A stretch of DNA of 64,000 nucleotides from contig JAMWBK010000001.1 in the NCBI GenBank assembly GCA_029953675.1, positions 2,232,001 to 2,296,000 on the forward strand, in the 5' to 3' direction. Positions within the stretch are counted from its first letter, which is position 1, and each line of letters opens with the position of its first letter. The notes below the pieces were generated by a model. It was not told where the DNA came from and ran no database searches. It saw nothing but the letters and a program-made list of their open reading frames with translations. Origin of the DNA: Rhodosorus marinus CCMP1338. Lineage: Eukaryota > Plantae > Rhodophyta. A program made the translations under genes and the position numbers. This document shows, piece by piece, positions 62,374 to 64,000 of this stretch.

Positions 62374-64000
62374 TATGCCAACTTCTGGAACAAAGAAACC
62401 TCAAAACTTCCGCACAAGGCAGCGCCACCACCTCTCAACCACTCAAACTAAACAAAATCTGACCTGCTGTTGCCTTCGCTGTTCTCTCGTAAGTATCGAT
62501 CACATCTCCTCAATCCCTTCCGAACCATCCAAAACTGCGATACGAACGTTTTGATGCTCAAGAAAACACAGAAATTCTCAAACTAAGCAAAAGCTTGACC
62601 TCTTTCATTCACATTTCTATCTCCAAAATTAACCAAACCATCCTCAGCCTCGAAAATCCAAACTCCAACAACCACCCTCCCCCGCCCCCCCGAACAAAAC
62701 CGAGAGATTCACAGCGAGAAAGCAAAGTACCGATTCTCAACGAAAACGCAGAACAACCCACAAAAAGCAGAGCCTAATCCGCTCTTCTGCTAATCAAACC
62801 CAATACCGTGCTCAATCCCTCTCCTCCCCCCCAAAAAGGTCCCCCCTCCACACTTATCACCATGCAAAACCGCCAAATCTAAAAAAAACAGCAGGATGAG
62901 GAACGATACAATGATCAGTTCCCCTCCTCCCCCCTCACCCCCCGACAAATTACAAACTTTAAAACAGCATAACGTCAAATCTTAACCCTTCAATTCTACA
63001 TTCTCCCTCTAAACAAAAAAAAGGCTCCATCTAGATCTCCCAATCTCTCCTCCCCAAGTCCCTCTTCCCCTTCAACCCTAAAACCCCAAATTGACCCGCG
63101 CCCATCCCCATCCTCAACAAATTCCCCTCCGAACTCTCCAAAAATCTATCCTCACACTCGGGTACAGAACTTCGAAAATTCCTGCTTGGCCAAGATCCGT
63201 TGCCCATTGATACTGGGACATTCTCTTTTTCACGAGAGGCAATCATTGAGACTTATTTTGATTGAATATAGTCAATATTATGCTTAGGTTGACTGATGGC
63301 GGGAAGAAGGTTGGAGGAGAGGTTGACGAGTACAGGTTGAGTTTTGTGGATGTTTGGTTCGACTGGGGGTTGTTTCGTTTGTTTGTTTTTGCTTTACTTT
63401 GATTACCTGGGAATAAAAACACAGGAAGCTGCTCATTGTCCCCCCATCCCCCTCCCGGGGCCTTCAAGAGGCTGACCCCCTTTTTTGTTGAGGAACAGGC
63501 TGTAAGCGTGGTCACCGGGTGGAGTATGCGGAAGCCGCAGTGGAAACTGAAAGCTTTGGCCTCGCATACGAAAGGATTTTACCGACCAAACTTGCGGCTA
63601 TTTAACCGTTGGAATAGCGCGACGGTGGCACTACCGCTGAAGGGGCGACTTTCCTCTGTTTCATACCCTCTTCGCTCGTCGCTTAGTACTTGTCGGCTCT
63701 TGCTACCTCAAACATACCTTCCATGCCCTAGGTTGTTCGCGCCCGTTTCAGGCCCTGTGATAGTGGACCACAGCCAGCGCAGTAGAGTGCGGGGTCCACC
63801 AGCTCGCAGAGGAACATGTTTGTATCGAAGTGTTCGTACGGATCGGTTTATAAAAAAAAAAGAAACAGTGTTTTTGTTTTGTTGGTCGACAGGGTCACTC
63901 GGATTTTTCCAAGAAACTTCACTGCTTTTGCGATAATGCTCGTCCGCCTCCTCTGTCCAGCCAACTCGCCTTGGTCTCGTCGCGTTCCCTCAGACAAGTA

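Noticed and set aside
61085-62554. Long plus-strand ORFs (187 aa, 234 aa, 177 aa)
   Set aside because: They are antisense shadows of the GC-rich MED10 exons.
63436-63936. 166-aa ORF near the window end
   Set aside because: No recognisable motifs, R/S/P/L-rich composition typical of non-coding ORFs, and no supporting splice structure.

Overview
Compact, intron-containing eukaryotic nuclear DNA. Introns are short GT-AG. Two plastid-type proteins start with the 'MGFV' transit-peptide motif typical of red algae, so a red alga is the best guess (inference; species not determinable). About 17 genes are recognisable: IMP2, mitochondrial m-AAA FtsH, a KCR-like SDR, a ZFAND1-like protein, an ERG4-type sterol reductase, two TMEM14/FAX proteins, ribosomal bL25, polyprenol reductase, BAG1-like, a Rieske ferredoxin, a stand-alone RibD_C reductase, ataxin-10, RIT1, a single-domain globin, BCAT, a C2H2 zinc-finger protein and a MED10 with a very long N-terminal extension. 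Several further ORFs are hypothetical. Many intergenic spacers appear to be heavily decayed RLE-type (CRE-like) non-LTR retrotransposon pieces, with copia, gypsy-gag and a possible tyrosine-recombinase relic also present. The most unusual structure is a dispersed family of 12-bp minisatellites with an AACATT core at three loci. All three read x-N-V-P on the minus strand, lie just 3' of a minus-strand gene, and at two loci sit at or in a CRE-like relic. I found no rRNA, intact tRNA or CRISPR array. All family assignments are by eye from motifs; no database searches were run.
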